Source: Minisyncoccota bacterium
GTDB taxonomy: Bacteria > Patescibacteriota > Minisyncoccia > 2-02-FULL-40-12 > IGHO2-12-FULL-4
Length of the DNA stretch: 54,712 nt
Assembly (NCBI GenBank): GCA_036517795.1
Contig: DATDTF010000024.1
Span: 1-54,712 of the forward strand
Direction: 5' to 3'
Shown: positions 19,198 to 27,155 of the stretch, piece after piece
How positions within the stretch are numbered: the first letter of the stretch is position 1
Layout: each line of letters begins with the position of its first letter
Notes under the pieces: generated by a model
The model's database searches: none
Told to the model about the DNA's origin: nothing
Seen by the model: only the letters and a program-made list of their open reading frames with translations
Program-made: the position numbers and the translations under genes

Positions 19198-20232
19198 ATG
19201 CCACTCAATAAGACGTTTTAGGCCAGACTCAAGAAGTACTTTGTTTTCATGTCCCAGTTCTTTAATTTTTTGAATATCGGGAGTTGCGCTGGTTGGAGTA
19301 GTGGCTGAATAGGGAATATTTACATTTGGAGTAATTTTTATCTCACTACGGCTTCCGGTTATTCTAACGATAAGTTTTGCTAAATTTTCTATACTTATTT
19401 CTTCTTCCGAACCGACATTATATGCCTGGCCCGGTTTTCCGAAAAGTAATACTCGCCACATGGCTTCTATGGAGTCAGATATGTAGGCAAAAGTTCTTGT
19501 TGATGGTGTGTTGGTTACTTCTATATTTTCTTCCAGTATGGCTCGCCGTATGAATTCAGAGATAACTCGACCGTCAGCAAGCGATAGGCGAGGTCCAAAG
19601 GTGTGGAACAAACGAGCAATGGACACATTGATTCCGCGCGCTTTGCAGTAAAGTGAGCATAAGGTCTCGGCAAACCTTTTTGCTTCTTCATAGGCGGCTC
19701 TCGGTCCGATGGGGTCAACCCTGCCTATATATGTTTCTGGGACCGGAGAAACGTCTGGGTTGCCGTATATCTCGCTGGAGCTGATAAATAAAAATCTTAC
19801 AACCCCTCTTTGAAGACAATACTCAAGCAGCTTTTTTGTTCCGAGAACGTTTGCGTCTGCTGTTTCAACCAACTTATTAAGATAATCTTTGGGAGACGCT
19901 TTTGAGGCGCCGTGAACTATGATGTCAATCTGATCGGGCAAGGATGTTTCAGCGACGTCACCGACCAGAAACTCCAATCCGGGTGTATTTAGGCAATGGC
20001 TAAGCCGGCTGTTCTCGGAGATGTCATGATGGGTGAGCACAATTAACTTGGCAGGATTTTTCTTGAGCAGCGTTTCGTTTAAAACTAGAACCGTGTCAAC
20101 AAAGTAAGAAGGAATAAATCCGTTAGCGCCGGTTACAAGTATCGTTTTTCCGGATAAATGTTTAAACCATGACCCCACAGACTTAATGATAGAACAGACG
20201 TCTTCTTGAATGGTTATATCTGTCAGAGTCAT
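19180..20232 (-). CDS. NAD-dependent nucleotide-sugar epimerase/dehydratase/reductase (extended SDR)
   Basis: ILVTGANGFIPSY, ISSSEIYG, YEEAKRFAE (YxxxK) and ARLFHTFGP. GAGGAG lies 8 nt upstream, and the start overlaps the upstream stop as TGATG. Confidence 0.75.
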   Translation of the reverse strand: MTLTDITIQEDVCSIIKSVGSWFKHLSGKTILVTGANGFIPSYFVDTVLVLNETLLKKNPAKLIVLTHHDISENSRLSHCLNTPGLEFLVGDVAETSLPDQIDIIVHGASKASPKDYLNKLVETADANVLGTKKLLEYCLQRGVVRFLFISSSEIYGNPDVSPVPETYIGRVDPIGPRAAYEEAKRFAETLCSLYCKARGINVSIARLFHTFGPRLSLADGRVISEFIRRAILEENIEVTNTPSTRTFAYISDSIEAMWRVLLFGKPGQAYNVGSEEEISIENLAKLIVRITGSRSEIKITPNVNIPYSATTPTSATPDIQKIKELGHENKVLLESGLKRLIEWHKKQTP

Positions 20233-22064
20233 CAGTTGATCTCCTCTGGTTTCTCACTGCCATCTTCTTCAGAAAGCGGGCGGATAATCATATTAGAGAG
20301 GAATTCATCTCTTGGCAGTAAAGGAGTCATATCTTCAATTGGTTTGCTTATGTATTTACCATCCTGTGTTCTGATGGCTATGAGCTTTGGTATCAGCTTT
20401 TGGGCTTCGTTTAACTTTACATTGCAAATGAAAGGTCCTTTTGCGCTCAAAATTTTATCAAGTTTCTCGTCAATTTCTTCATGACTTGCGATTTCTTCAG
20501 TGGCAATGCCGTAGGCCCAGGCCACCTTCTTAAAATCGGGGGCAGTATATCCGGTTTGACTGACCGTTGCCTCATACCGAGCGCCAAAATATATTTCCTG
20601 GAATTGTTTGATGATGCCGTAGGCATTGTTGTTAAACACAAATACTTTAATGGGCAATCCATAATTTTTTAACGTTTGAAGTTCTTGGATAGTTAACTGG
20701 AATCCGCCATCGCCGACCAGGCAGATAACATTTGTTTTCGGGTTAGCAGATGCTGCGCCAATTGCCGCTGGTAGAGCATAACCCATTGGCGCATGACCAA
20801 AGGAAGTAACTACGCGCTGTCCGCTTTCAACTTTTAGGCTTTGAATTGCCCATGCTGAAATTCCGCCGTTATCAATGGTAATAATCGAATTTTTTGAAAG
20901 CTTTTTTGAGAGTTTTTCTGTGAAGACGTAGGGATTAACTGAATCCATTTGATTATTGTATTCCGGAAGAACGGCCGGATATCTTTCTTTCCATTTCAGA
21001 CACGTTGAGTGCCAATCCGAGAAATCAGGTAAAGCCACGCTTGTGCTTATGACTGAATTCAGTTCAGTCAAGAAATATTTAACATCGGCGTGGACGGGAA
21101 TATCGGCTACAACCCAATTCTTTTTCAATTCAGCTTCGCTTATGTCCACCACTATTTTAAAAGCTTCTCTGGCGAATGTTTGAGGCTGTCCGCCTGTTTG
21201 TCGGGTGTCTAGGCGCGAGCCCAAGGACAGCAAAAGGTCGGAGTTCTGGACGGTGAAGTTGGCCGCTCTGTTTCCATAAACACCGATTTGGCCGATGTAT
21301 AGGGGAAAATCATAGGGAAGAATGTCGATTCCGCTCCACGAAGAAACGACGGGAATTTTTAGTGCACCCAGGAGTCGGAGAAGCTCGTTCTCGGCTTGGC
21401 CTAATTTTATACCCGCACCGGCAATAATTACCGGCCGTTTTGCCTTGTGAATCCTGTCTAAGATTTGTGTCGTCAAATAGGTTGGAAAAGGCGTGACTTC
21501 GGGTTCCAATTCTGTGGGATCAAAATCTTCAAGTTCTTCAGGATTGATTTCCGCATGTTGTACGTTCATTGGTATATCAAGCCAAACAGGACCTTGCCGT
21601 CCGGATTTTGCGATATGGATGGCTTTATCAAGATAGTATTTAATTTTGCCAGGATCTTTTACAAGAACCGCAAATTTAGTGATTGGACGGATAATGTCAA
21701 TGATGTCGGTTTCCTGAAATCCCAGCTGACGTATTTTTTTATCACCCTTAGTTTCCCACAGATTAACCTGGCCGGTGATCATAAGGGTGGGGATTGAGTC
21801 AAAGTAAGAACAGCAGACTCCAGTTATGAGATTTGTTGCTCCGGGACCGGAAGTTGCGACAGCAACTCCTATGTTTTTGGTTATCCTGGCGTAAGCATCG
21901 GCTGCCATAGCTGCCGCCTGTTCATGTTGCATACAGACATATTTGATGTCAGGATTTTTACCAAGTGAATCTACGATGTGAGCGCAGGCCCCGCCGGTTA
22001 AAAGAAAAACTTTTTTGATCCCTCTATCAACTAAGTACTGAACTAAGTAGTCAGAAAGTTTCAT
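20232..22064 (-). CDS. Thiamine-diphosphate-dependent enzyme of the acetolactate synthase large-subunit family, YerE-like by context
   Basis: ThDP motif GDGGFQLTIQELQTLKNYGLPIKVFVFNNN and N-terminal ATSGPGATNL. ATG 22064 (MKLSDYL, preceded by GAGGTG) is preferred over track 22097, which lies upstream of the predicted transcription start. Confidence 0.75.
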   Translation of the reverse strand: MKLSDYLVQYLVDRGIKKVFLLTGGACAHIVDSLGKNPDIKYVCMQHEQAAAMAADAYARITKNIGVAVATSGPGATNLITGVCCSYFDSIPTLMITGQVNLWETKGDKKIRQLGFQETDIIDIIRPITKFAVLVKDPGKIKYYLDKAIHIAKSGRQGPVWLDIPMNVQHAEINPEELEDFDPTELEPEVTPFPTYLTTQILDRIHKAKRPVIIAGAGIKLGQAENELLRLLGALKIPVVSSWSGIDILPYDFPLYIGQIGVYGNRAANFTVQNSDLLLSLGSRLDTRQTGGQPQTFAREAFKIVVDISEAELKKNWVVADIPVHADVKYFLTELNSVISTSVALPDFSDWHSTCLKWKERYPAVLPEYNNQMDSVNPYVFTEKLSKKLSKNSIITIDNGGISAWAIQSLKVESGQRVVTSFGHAPMGYALPAAIGAASANPKTNVICLVGDGGFQLTIQELQTLKNYGLPIKVFVFNNNAYGIIKQFQEIYFGARYEATVSQTGYTAPDFKKVAWAYGIATEEIASHEEIDEKLDKILSAKGPFICNVKLNEAQKLIPKLIAIRTQDGKYISKPIEDMTPLLPRDEFLSNMIIRPLSEEDGSEKPEEIN

Positions 22065-22099
22065 TTTCACCTCTTTCCTTATTGTCAAAGAATACATTG

Positions 22100-22128
22100 T
22101 TTATAATAAAGTTTTTACTGTGTGTCAA
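22100..22128 (-). promoter_or_regulatory. Sigma70-type promoter for the ThDP-enzyme/SDR operon (TTGACA-N17-TATAAA)
   Basis: Minus-strand TTGACA = 22128-22123; TATAAA = 22105-22100. Confidence 0.55.
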
Positions 22129-22130
22129 TA

Positions 22131-22159
22131 TTGTATTTTGATAAAAATGTAGCTATGTT
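22131..22159 (+). promoter_or_regulatory. Possible divergent promoter for the 3-dehydratase gene (TTGTAT-N17-TATGTT)
   Basis: Only a moderate match. GGAG at 22181-22184 precedes the TTG start at 22191. Confidence 0.3.
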
Positions 22160-22190
22160 GTGCCCAGCATGTTGACAAAAGGAGTGTTAA

Positions 22191-23408
22191 TTGGAAAACC
22201 AGCCCTTTGTTCCAGGCAAAGATTGGGTTTTTTACAGTCGTGCCGTTTATGGCAAGGAGGAGACAGAATCGGTTCTTGAGTCGCTAAACAGCGATTGGCT
22301 TGGTATCGGCAAGTACAGCCGTGCTTTTGAGGAAAAAGTTACTGATTTGTTTGGCCAAAAGTTTGGCAGGTTTGTCAACTCTGGTTCATCGGCCAACTGG
22401 ATTGGTTTGAAAGCTTTAAATCTGCCGATAGGCGGAGAAGTTATTACTCCGGCCTGTACATTCTCAACCACCGTTAATCCGATTATAGAATTCGGATTGG
22501 TCCCGGTTTTTGTTGATGTAGAACAGGATACTTATAATGTAGATCTTGACCTGGTTGAACAAGCCGTCGGTCCTAAAACGGTGGCCCTAATGATACCCCA
22601 CCTTTTGGGCAATTTGAATGATATGAAGCGGTTGCGTGAGATTGCCGATAAACATGGTCTGAAATTGATTGAAGACAGTTGCGATACCATAGGCGGCAGG
22701 ATAAGGGGCGAACCAACCGGTAAATATGCCGATGTCAGCACTACCAGTTTCTATGCCTCTCACATCATTACGGCGATGGGTGGTGGAGGGATGGTAATGT
22801 TCAAAGAACGGTCCCGTGCGGAACTAGCCCAGATACTAAGGGACTGGGGTAGGGCGTCAATGGAATATTATGACGAACGTCCGGATGTCCGATTTGATTT
22901 TTATTTGGACGATGTCCGATACGACAAAAAGTTTGTTTTTCGTGAAAGAGGCTTTAATTTTAAGGCATTAGATGCGCAGGCGGCTTTTGGAATGGTACAA
23001 CTTTCCCGTCTTGAAGAATTTCATCAGGTTCGCCGAAAAAATTTTACGACACTGTACGAATTTTTTGAAAGATTTCCTGAACACTTTATGTTGCCGCGGC
23101 AAGCGACGGCCGATACTGATGTCCGTTGGCTAGCTTTCCCGATAACTGTCCATGAAGCGTCGCCTATTTACCGCACCGACCTCATGCTTCATCTGGAAAA
23201 GCATAAGATACAAACAAGAGTTCTTTTCGCCGGAAATATTCTGCGCCACCCACCTTATCGGAACATTTCTCATCGTGTTGTCGGGGAACTGACAAACTCC
23301 AATAAGATATTGGCCCAGAGTTTGCTCATTGGTTGCCATCACGGGTTGCGTCAGGAGCATCTGGATTATGTAATGCGGATCATTGAAGAGTATCTGGAAA
23401 AAGTTTAA
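22191..23408 (+). CDS. PLP/PMP-dependent nucleotide-sugar 3-dehydratase of the DegT family (RfbH/DdhC/E1-ColD type)
   Basis: Strong resemblance to RfbH as recalled: TFSTTVNPIIEFGLVPVFVDV, YRNISHRVVGELTNSNKI, LIGCHHGLRQEHLDYV. The usual Schiff-base Lys is His (SFYASHIIT). The E1 iron-sulfur cysteine motif after DWGR is absent. TTG start with SD. Confidence 0.75.
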   Translation: MENQPFVPGKDWVFYSRAVYGKEETESVLESLNSDWLGIGKYSRAFEEKVTDLFGQKFGRFVNSGSSANWIGLKALNLPIGGEVITPACTFSTTVNPIIEFGLVPVFVDVEQDTYNVDLDLVEQAVGPKTVALMIPHLLGNLNDMKRLREIADKHGLKLIEDSCDTIGGRIRGEPTGKYADVSTTSFYASHIITAMGGGGMVMFKERSRAELAQILRDWGRASMEYYDERPDVRFDFYLDDVRYDKKFVFRERGFNFKALDAQAAFGMVQLSRLEEFHQVRRKNFTTLYEFFERFPEHFMLPRQATADTDVRWLAFPITVHEASPIYRTDLMLHLEKHKIQTRVLFAGNILRHPPYRNISHRVVGELTNSNKILAQSLLIGCHHGLRQEHLDYVMRIIEEYLEKV

Positions 23409-23423
23409 TATAGGAAGACAATC

Positions 23424-23452
23424 AACAGGATTATTGAATAATCCTGTTTTTA
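23424..23452 (+). terminator. Hairpin plus T-run after the 3-dehydratase gene
   Basis: AACAGGATTATT g AATAATCCTGTT (12-nt complementary arms) followed by TTTT; ends 5 nt before the next ATG. Confidence 0.6.
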
Positions 23453-23456
23453 TATA

Positions 23457-24404
23457 ATGGGAATCCAAAAAAATATAAATAGTCTTAAGCTTGAACTATT
23501 TCTTATCTTCAGGCTTTTTCAGGAGGGTTATGGTCCAAAGTATTGGTGGCCGTATGCTAAAAATAAGTTCCTTGGAAATTATCTGTTCCGCTACCTTCCA
23601 CGCTACGAATATATTGCCGATCCGGATTTGGAATTGCACATCGTCTGTTCTTCTAAGCATCTTTGGATGCTGGCCTGGATGCTGCACTCGTTTTTTGCTC
23701 AATCAGGGTTGAAGCCGAATATCGTCATACATGAAGATGGTACTATGGATAAGGCCACAGCCAAACTGATTCAAAGTAAGTTTGCCAATGTTATGGTTAT
23801 GTTTAGAGATGAAACGACTAAGCGGATTCTGGCAATGCCTGACATTCCGGAAATTATTAAAAAAGCCAGAGTCAGCTCACATTTTTTTCTAGATAGATTG
23901 AGTAATTTGGCAATTTTCAGCAAGGCCAAGAGAATTCTTCTTAGTGATGTGGACATTTTGTATTTCAAGCCGCCCATAGAGGTAATTGATTTTATGACTG
24001 GAAAAACTGATTTAGACGCTTTGGGGCAGCAATCGTTGGAATCAAGTGAGCCATATGACCTGAAGATGGATGATTACTACGTTAAGAAGTATAAGCTTGA
24101 TGAGAAGAGGCTTTACCTGATGAATGGCGGCTACCTTATGTTGGACAGGCAAAAGTTAAATGTAAGCCAGATCGTTGAATATCTGGAGCATGTACAAATG
24201 CCATTCACGGATTATTTTATTGAGATGAGTGGGTGGGCATGCGTATTGGCCCAGCTCAATTTTAAATATTTGTCCCCGCACAAATATGCGATTAAAGGTC
24301 GGCTCAATGACACCATGATAATGAAACATTTTACCAGTCCGCGCAGATATGAAATGTTTGCCTATGGCATAGATAAAGCCCGGGAAAATATTGATAAAAT
24401 TTGA
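23457..24404 (+). CDS. Hypothetical protein, possible GT-A-like nucleotide-sugar transferase
   Basis: 315 aa. The only recognisable motif is ILLSDVDILYFKPP (DXD-like); no confident family assignment. Confidence 0.35.
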   Translation: MGIQKNINSLKLELFLIFRLFQEGYGPKYWWPYAKNKFLGNYLFRYLPRYEYIADPDLELHIVCSSKHLWMLAWMLHSFFAQSGLKPNIVIHEDGTMDKATAKLIQSKFANVMVMFRDETTKRILAMPDIPEIIKKARVSSHFFLDRLSNLAIFSKAKRILLSDVDILYFKPPIEVIDFMTGKTDLDALGQQSLESSEPYDLKMDDYYVKKYKLDEKRLYLMNGGYLMLDRQKLNVSQIVEYLEHVQMPFTDYFIEMSGWACVLAQLNFKYLSPHKYAIKGRLNDTMIMKHFTSPRRYEMFAYGIDKARENIDKI

Positions 24405-24418
24405 ATTTACAAAAGACC

Positions 24419-24447
24419 TTGCAACGATCTAATAAATGTTGTATTGT
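24419..24447 (+). promoter_or_regulatory. Possible promoter (TTGCAA-N17-TATTGT) upstream of the CapE-like gene
   Basis: Lies in the 66-bp intergenic gap. Confidence 0.4.
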
Positions 24448-24470
24448 AATGCTAACTAACTTTTTAATTT

Positions 24471-25529
24471 ATGGCGCTAGATTTAAAGCGAGTTTTTAAA
24501 AATAAGACAGTTTTGGTCACTGGTGGAACCGGTTCTTTTGGTGGAGAAGTTGTCAAGAGACTGCTAAGCTATAATCCCAAAAAGGTGGTGGTTTTTAGCC
24601 GTGATGAGAAAAAACAGTTTGACATGAATAATAAGTTCAATGACCACCGTTTAAAGTTTGTTCTTGGAGATGTTCGTGACAGACAATCGGTTGAGCATGC
24701 CATGCACGGAGTAGATATGGTTTTTCATGCAGCTGCATTGAAGCAAGTTCCCAACTGTGAATTTTTTCCAATTCAGGCAATACAAACCAATATTCACGGT
24801 TCGTTTAATGTCATCAACGCTGCCATCGATGGTGGTGTGAAAAACTTGGTTTTATTAAGTACCGATAAAGCCGTCTATCCAGTAAACGTGATGGGTATGT
24901 CAAAGGCGTTGGCTGAAAGAATCATGATTGCTTCCTTTCGTCAAGACAGGGGCAGTACGACTTTGTCAGGCACTCGTTATGGGAATGTAATATATACCCG
25001 CGGATCGGTAATCCCATTTTTTATTAGTCAAATGAAAGCGAAACAACCCCTCTCGGTGACCAACAAAGACATGACCCGATTCATGATGTCTCTTAATGAT
25101 TCGGTGAATTTGGTTCTCTACGCTCTTGTCAATGGCAAAAATGGGGAAATTTATGTGCGCAAATCTCCTGCAGCTACGGTAGGCGATACCGCCCAAGCTT
25201 TAGTGGAGTTGTTCAAATATAAAAATAAAATCGTGGATATAGGAATTAGACCGGGAGAGAAGATGCATGAAACACTCATCTCGTTAGAAGAATTTAGGCG
25301 GACTAGGGATATGGGTGACTACTATAAGATTTCACCTGAACTACCAAAAATTGATTCAAGAGAGTACTTTTTTAAAGGCGAAAATAGATCAACCAACATG
25401 CCGGTCGAAGGATATACTTCTGCCAATACCACCAGGTTAACGGTTAAAGGGGTTAAGAAACTTTTATTGTCTCTGCCAGAAATCAAAAAGGAGCTTAGTC
25501 TTCTTCGGGAGGGTAATTTTTATAAATAA
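24471..25529 (+). CDS. UDP-N-acetylglucosamine 4,6-dehydratase/5-epimerase, CapE/FnlA/WbjB/WbvB type
   Basis: VTGGTGSFG, SRDEKKQ, AAALKQVPNCEF, STDKAVYPVNVMGMSKAL (the Met-x3-Lys variant typical of CapE), RYGNV..RGSVIP, MTRFMM and MGDYYKI. Confidence 0.8.
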   Translation: MALDLKRVFKNKTVLVTGGTGSFGGEVVKRLLSYNPKKVVVFSRDEKKQFDMNNKFNDHRLKFVLGDVRDRQSVEHAMHGVDMVFHAAALKQVPNCEFFPIQAIQTNIHGSFNVINAAIDGGVKNLVLLSTDKAVYPVNVMGMSKALAERIMIASFRQDRGSTTLSGTRYGNVIYTRGSVIPFFISQMKAKQPLSVTNKDMTRFMMSLNDSVNLVLYALVNGKNGEIYVRKSPAATVGDTAQALVELFKYKNKIVDIGIRPGEKMHETLISLEEFRRTRDMGDYYKISPELPKIDSREYFFKGENRSTNMPVEGYTSANTTRLTVKGVKKLLLSLPEIKKELSLLREGNFYK

Positions 25530-25531
25530 TC

Positions 25532-26431
25532 ATGGAGGCTCAGGTAATAATTACAGGTGCAAGTGGGCTTTTAGGCTCCCAACTTGTGCAAACGTTTAAA
25601 AATCAAGGCCACGAAGTGTTGGCTGTTTTTAATCGAAAACCAGGGTCGATTGTTTCAGGCACAAATAAGATCCGATGTGACGTTTCCATTAAAAAGGACA
25701 CCTTCTCTTTAAAAGAGCATATTAAATGTCCATCTTTGATTGTGCATTGCGCGGCTATCACCAATGTTGATCTATGCGAAAAAGATAAAGAATTATGCAA
25801 GGCGACAAATATTGAGGGTACAAAGAACATTTGCGAACTTGCTCGTCAAACAAAGTCAAGGCTTATCTATGTTTCCACTTCTTCTGTTTTTGATGGCAAA
25901 AAGGGAAATTATAAAGAGTTAGACAAAACAAATCCCATAAATTACTATAATTTTTCTAAAGTTCAAGGGGAAAATCATGTACTTGAATATGAAAAAGGGC
26001 TAGTTGTCAGAACAATTCCTCTCGGCTTGCATTCTGCGGGACGAAAACCTACAAGTTTCTTGGAATGGCTTGTCGATTCTTTTAAAAAGAACCTAAATGT
26101 CAACCTTTTTACTGATGTTAGGATAAATCCGCTAACGACAACTACTCTATCTGCGATAATCGCTAATATTTCGCCTTTACTTGACGTGGGAATAATTCAC
26201 CTAGGCAGTCGGGATGTAGTTTCGAAAGCCAGCATAGGCTTAGAGGTTAAAAAACTTTTTCCTTTATATTCGGGCAATCTCAACCTAACCAGTATAGACG
26301 ATAATAACCAAGTAGCTGAACGGCCTAAAGAAATGTGGCTAAATGTAGATAGGGCGCTGTTGTTGGGTCTTGATCTTCCCGAAGCCCTATCAGATATAGG
26401 CGCATACTTAAATGGAAAAAAGTTACTATAA
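25532..26431 (+). CDS. RmlD-like NAD(P)H-dependent 4-ketoreductase (WbvR-like by context)
   Basis: ITGASGLLGSQL and INYYNFSKVQGE (YxxxK); 299 aa with no cupin domain, so not CapF-type. Confidence 0.6.
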   Translation: MEAQVIITGASGLLGSQLVQTFKNQGHEVLAVFNRKPGSIVSGTNKIRCDVSIKKDTFSLKEHIKCPSLIVHCAAITNVDLCEKDKELCKATNIEGTKNICELARQTKSRLIYVSTSSVFDGKKGNYKELDKTNPINYYNFSKVQGENHVLEYEKGLVVRTIPLGLHSAGRKPTSFLEWLVDSFKKNLNVNLFTDVRINPLTTTTLSAIIANISPLLDVGIIHLGSRDVVSKASIGLEVKKLFPLYSGNLNLTSIDDNNQVAERPKEMWLNVDRALLLGLDLPEALSDIGAYLNGKKLL

Positions 26432-27155
26432 AAACTATTTTGTTCTGGAAAAAACCCATTGGCTGTTTAAAATAAGAAGAAAGATATTTTTTTATTTTAT
26501 ACAAAAATATTCTAAACCCGGCTCCAAGATATTTGATTTTGGCTGTGGGTCGGGGTATTTGGTGGGAGAGCTTCAGAAGATGGGCCATGATGCTCATGGC
26601 ATGGATTTTGAAAAGGAGGCAATAGATTATGGTACTAATTCCGGAATTAAAAACTTAACTCTGGGGAAGGGAGATAAGCTTGAGTATGCCAATAAAAACT
26701 TTGACTTACTGACGGCATTTGACGTTCTGGAACACATTGAAAATGAAAAGCCGGTTATTGAGGAGCTTGTCAGAATTTTGAAACCGGGCGGCAAAATGAT
26801 AATTTCTGTTCCGGCATACCAATGGCTTTGGGGAGTGCAGGATGAAGTTTCTCACCACTTTAGACGATATACGGCAGGGTCGCTGTTGAAAATTTTTAAA
26901 GAATTTCTGGAATTAAGACCTGTTAGGATAACCTATTTTAACAGCTTGCTTTTTTTGCCCATTGCTGTTGTCCGGTTGTTCAGCAGATTGTTTAAGGTTA
27001 AGAACAGGAAGTCCGATTTTGATGTTAAGACCGGTTTTTTGGATGTATTTTTTTATCATATCTTTAACCTGGAATCATATTTTTTAAAATTTATTAACTT
27101 TCCATTTGGAGTTTCTATTCTTCTAATTCTAGAAAAAAATGCGGACAATTCTTAA
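26412..27155 (+). CDS. Class I SAM-dependent methyltransferase
   Basis: Motif I IFDFGCGSGYL, then LKPGGKMIISVP. Confidence 0.75.
   Translation: MEKSYYKNYFVLEKTHWLFKIRRKIFFYFIQKYSKPGSKIFDFGCGSGYLVGELQKMGHDAHGMDFEKEAIDYGTNSGIKNLTLGKGDKLEYANKNFDLLTAFDVLEHIENEKPVIEELVRILKPGGKMIISVPAYQWLWGVQDEVSHHFRRYTAGSLLKIFKEFLELRPVRITYFNSLLFLPIAVVRLFSRLFKVKNRKSDFDVKTGFLDVFFYHIFNLESYFLKFINFPFGVSILLILEKNADNS

Noticed and set aside
20232-22064. Acetolactate synthase (ilvB) for branched-chain amino acids
   Set aside because: There is no small subunit, ilvC or ilvD nearby. The gene is coupled to an SDR and sits opposite a sugar 3-dehydratase. A sugar-modifying ThDP enzyme is more likely, though not proven.
23530-23712. 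AGGAGG followed 3 nt later by ATG 23530, opening a 60-aa alternate-frame ORF inside gene 23457
   Set aside because: The SD-like hexamer encodes QEG in the main frame. The alternate-frame peptide has no recognisable features, and the main frame reads as a normal globular protein. Probably coincidental.
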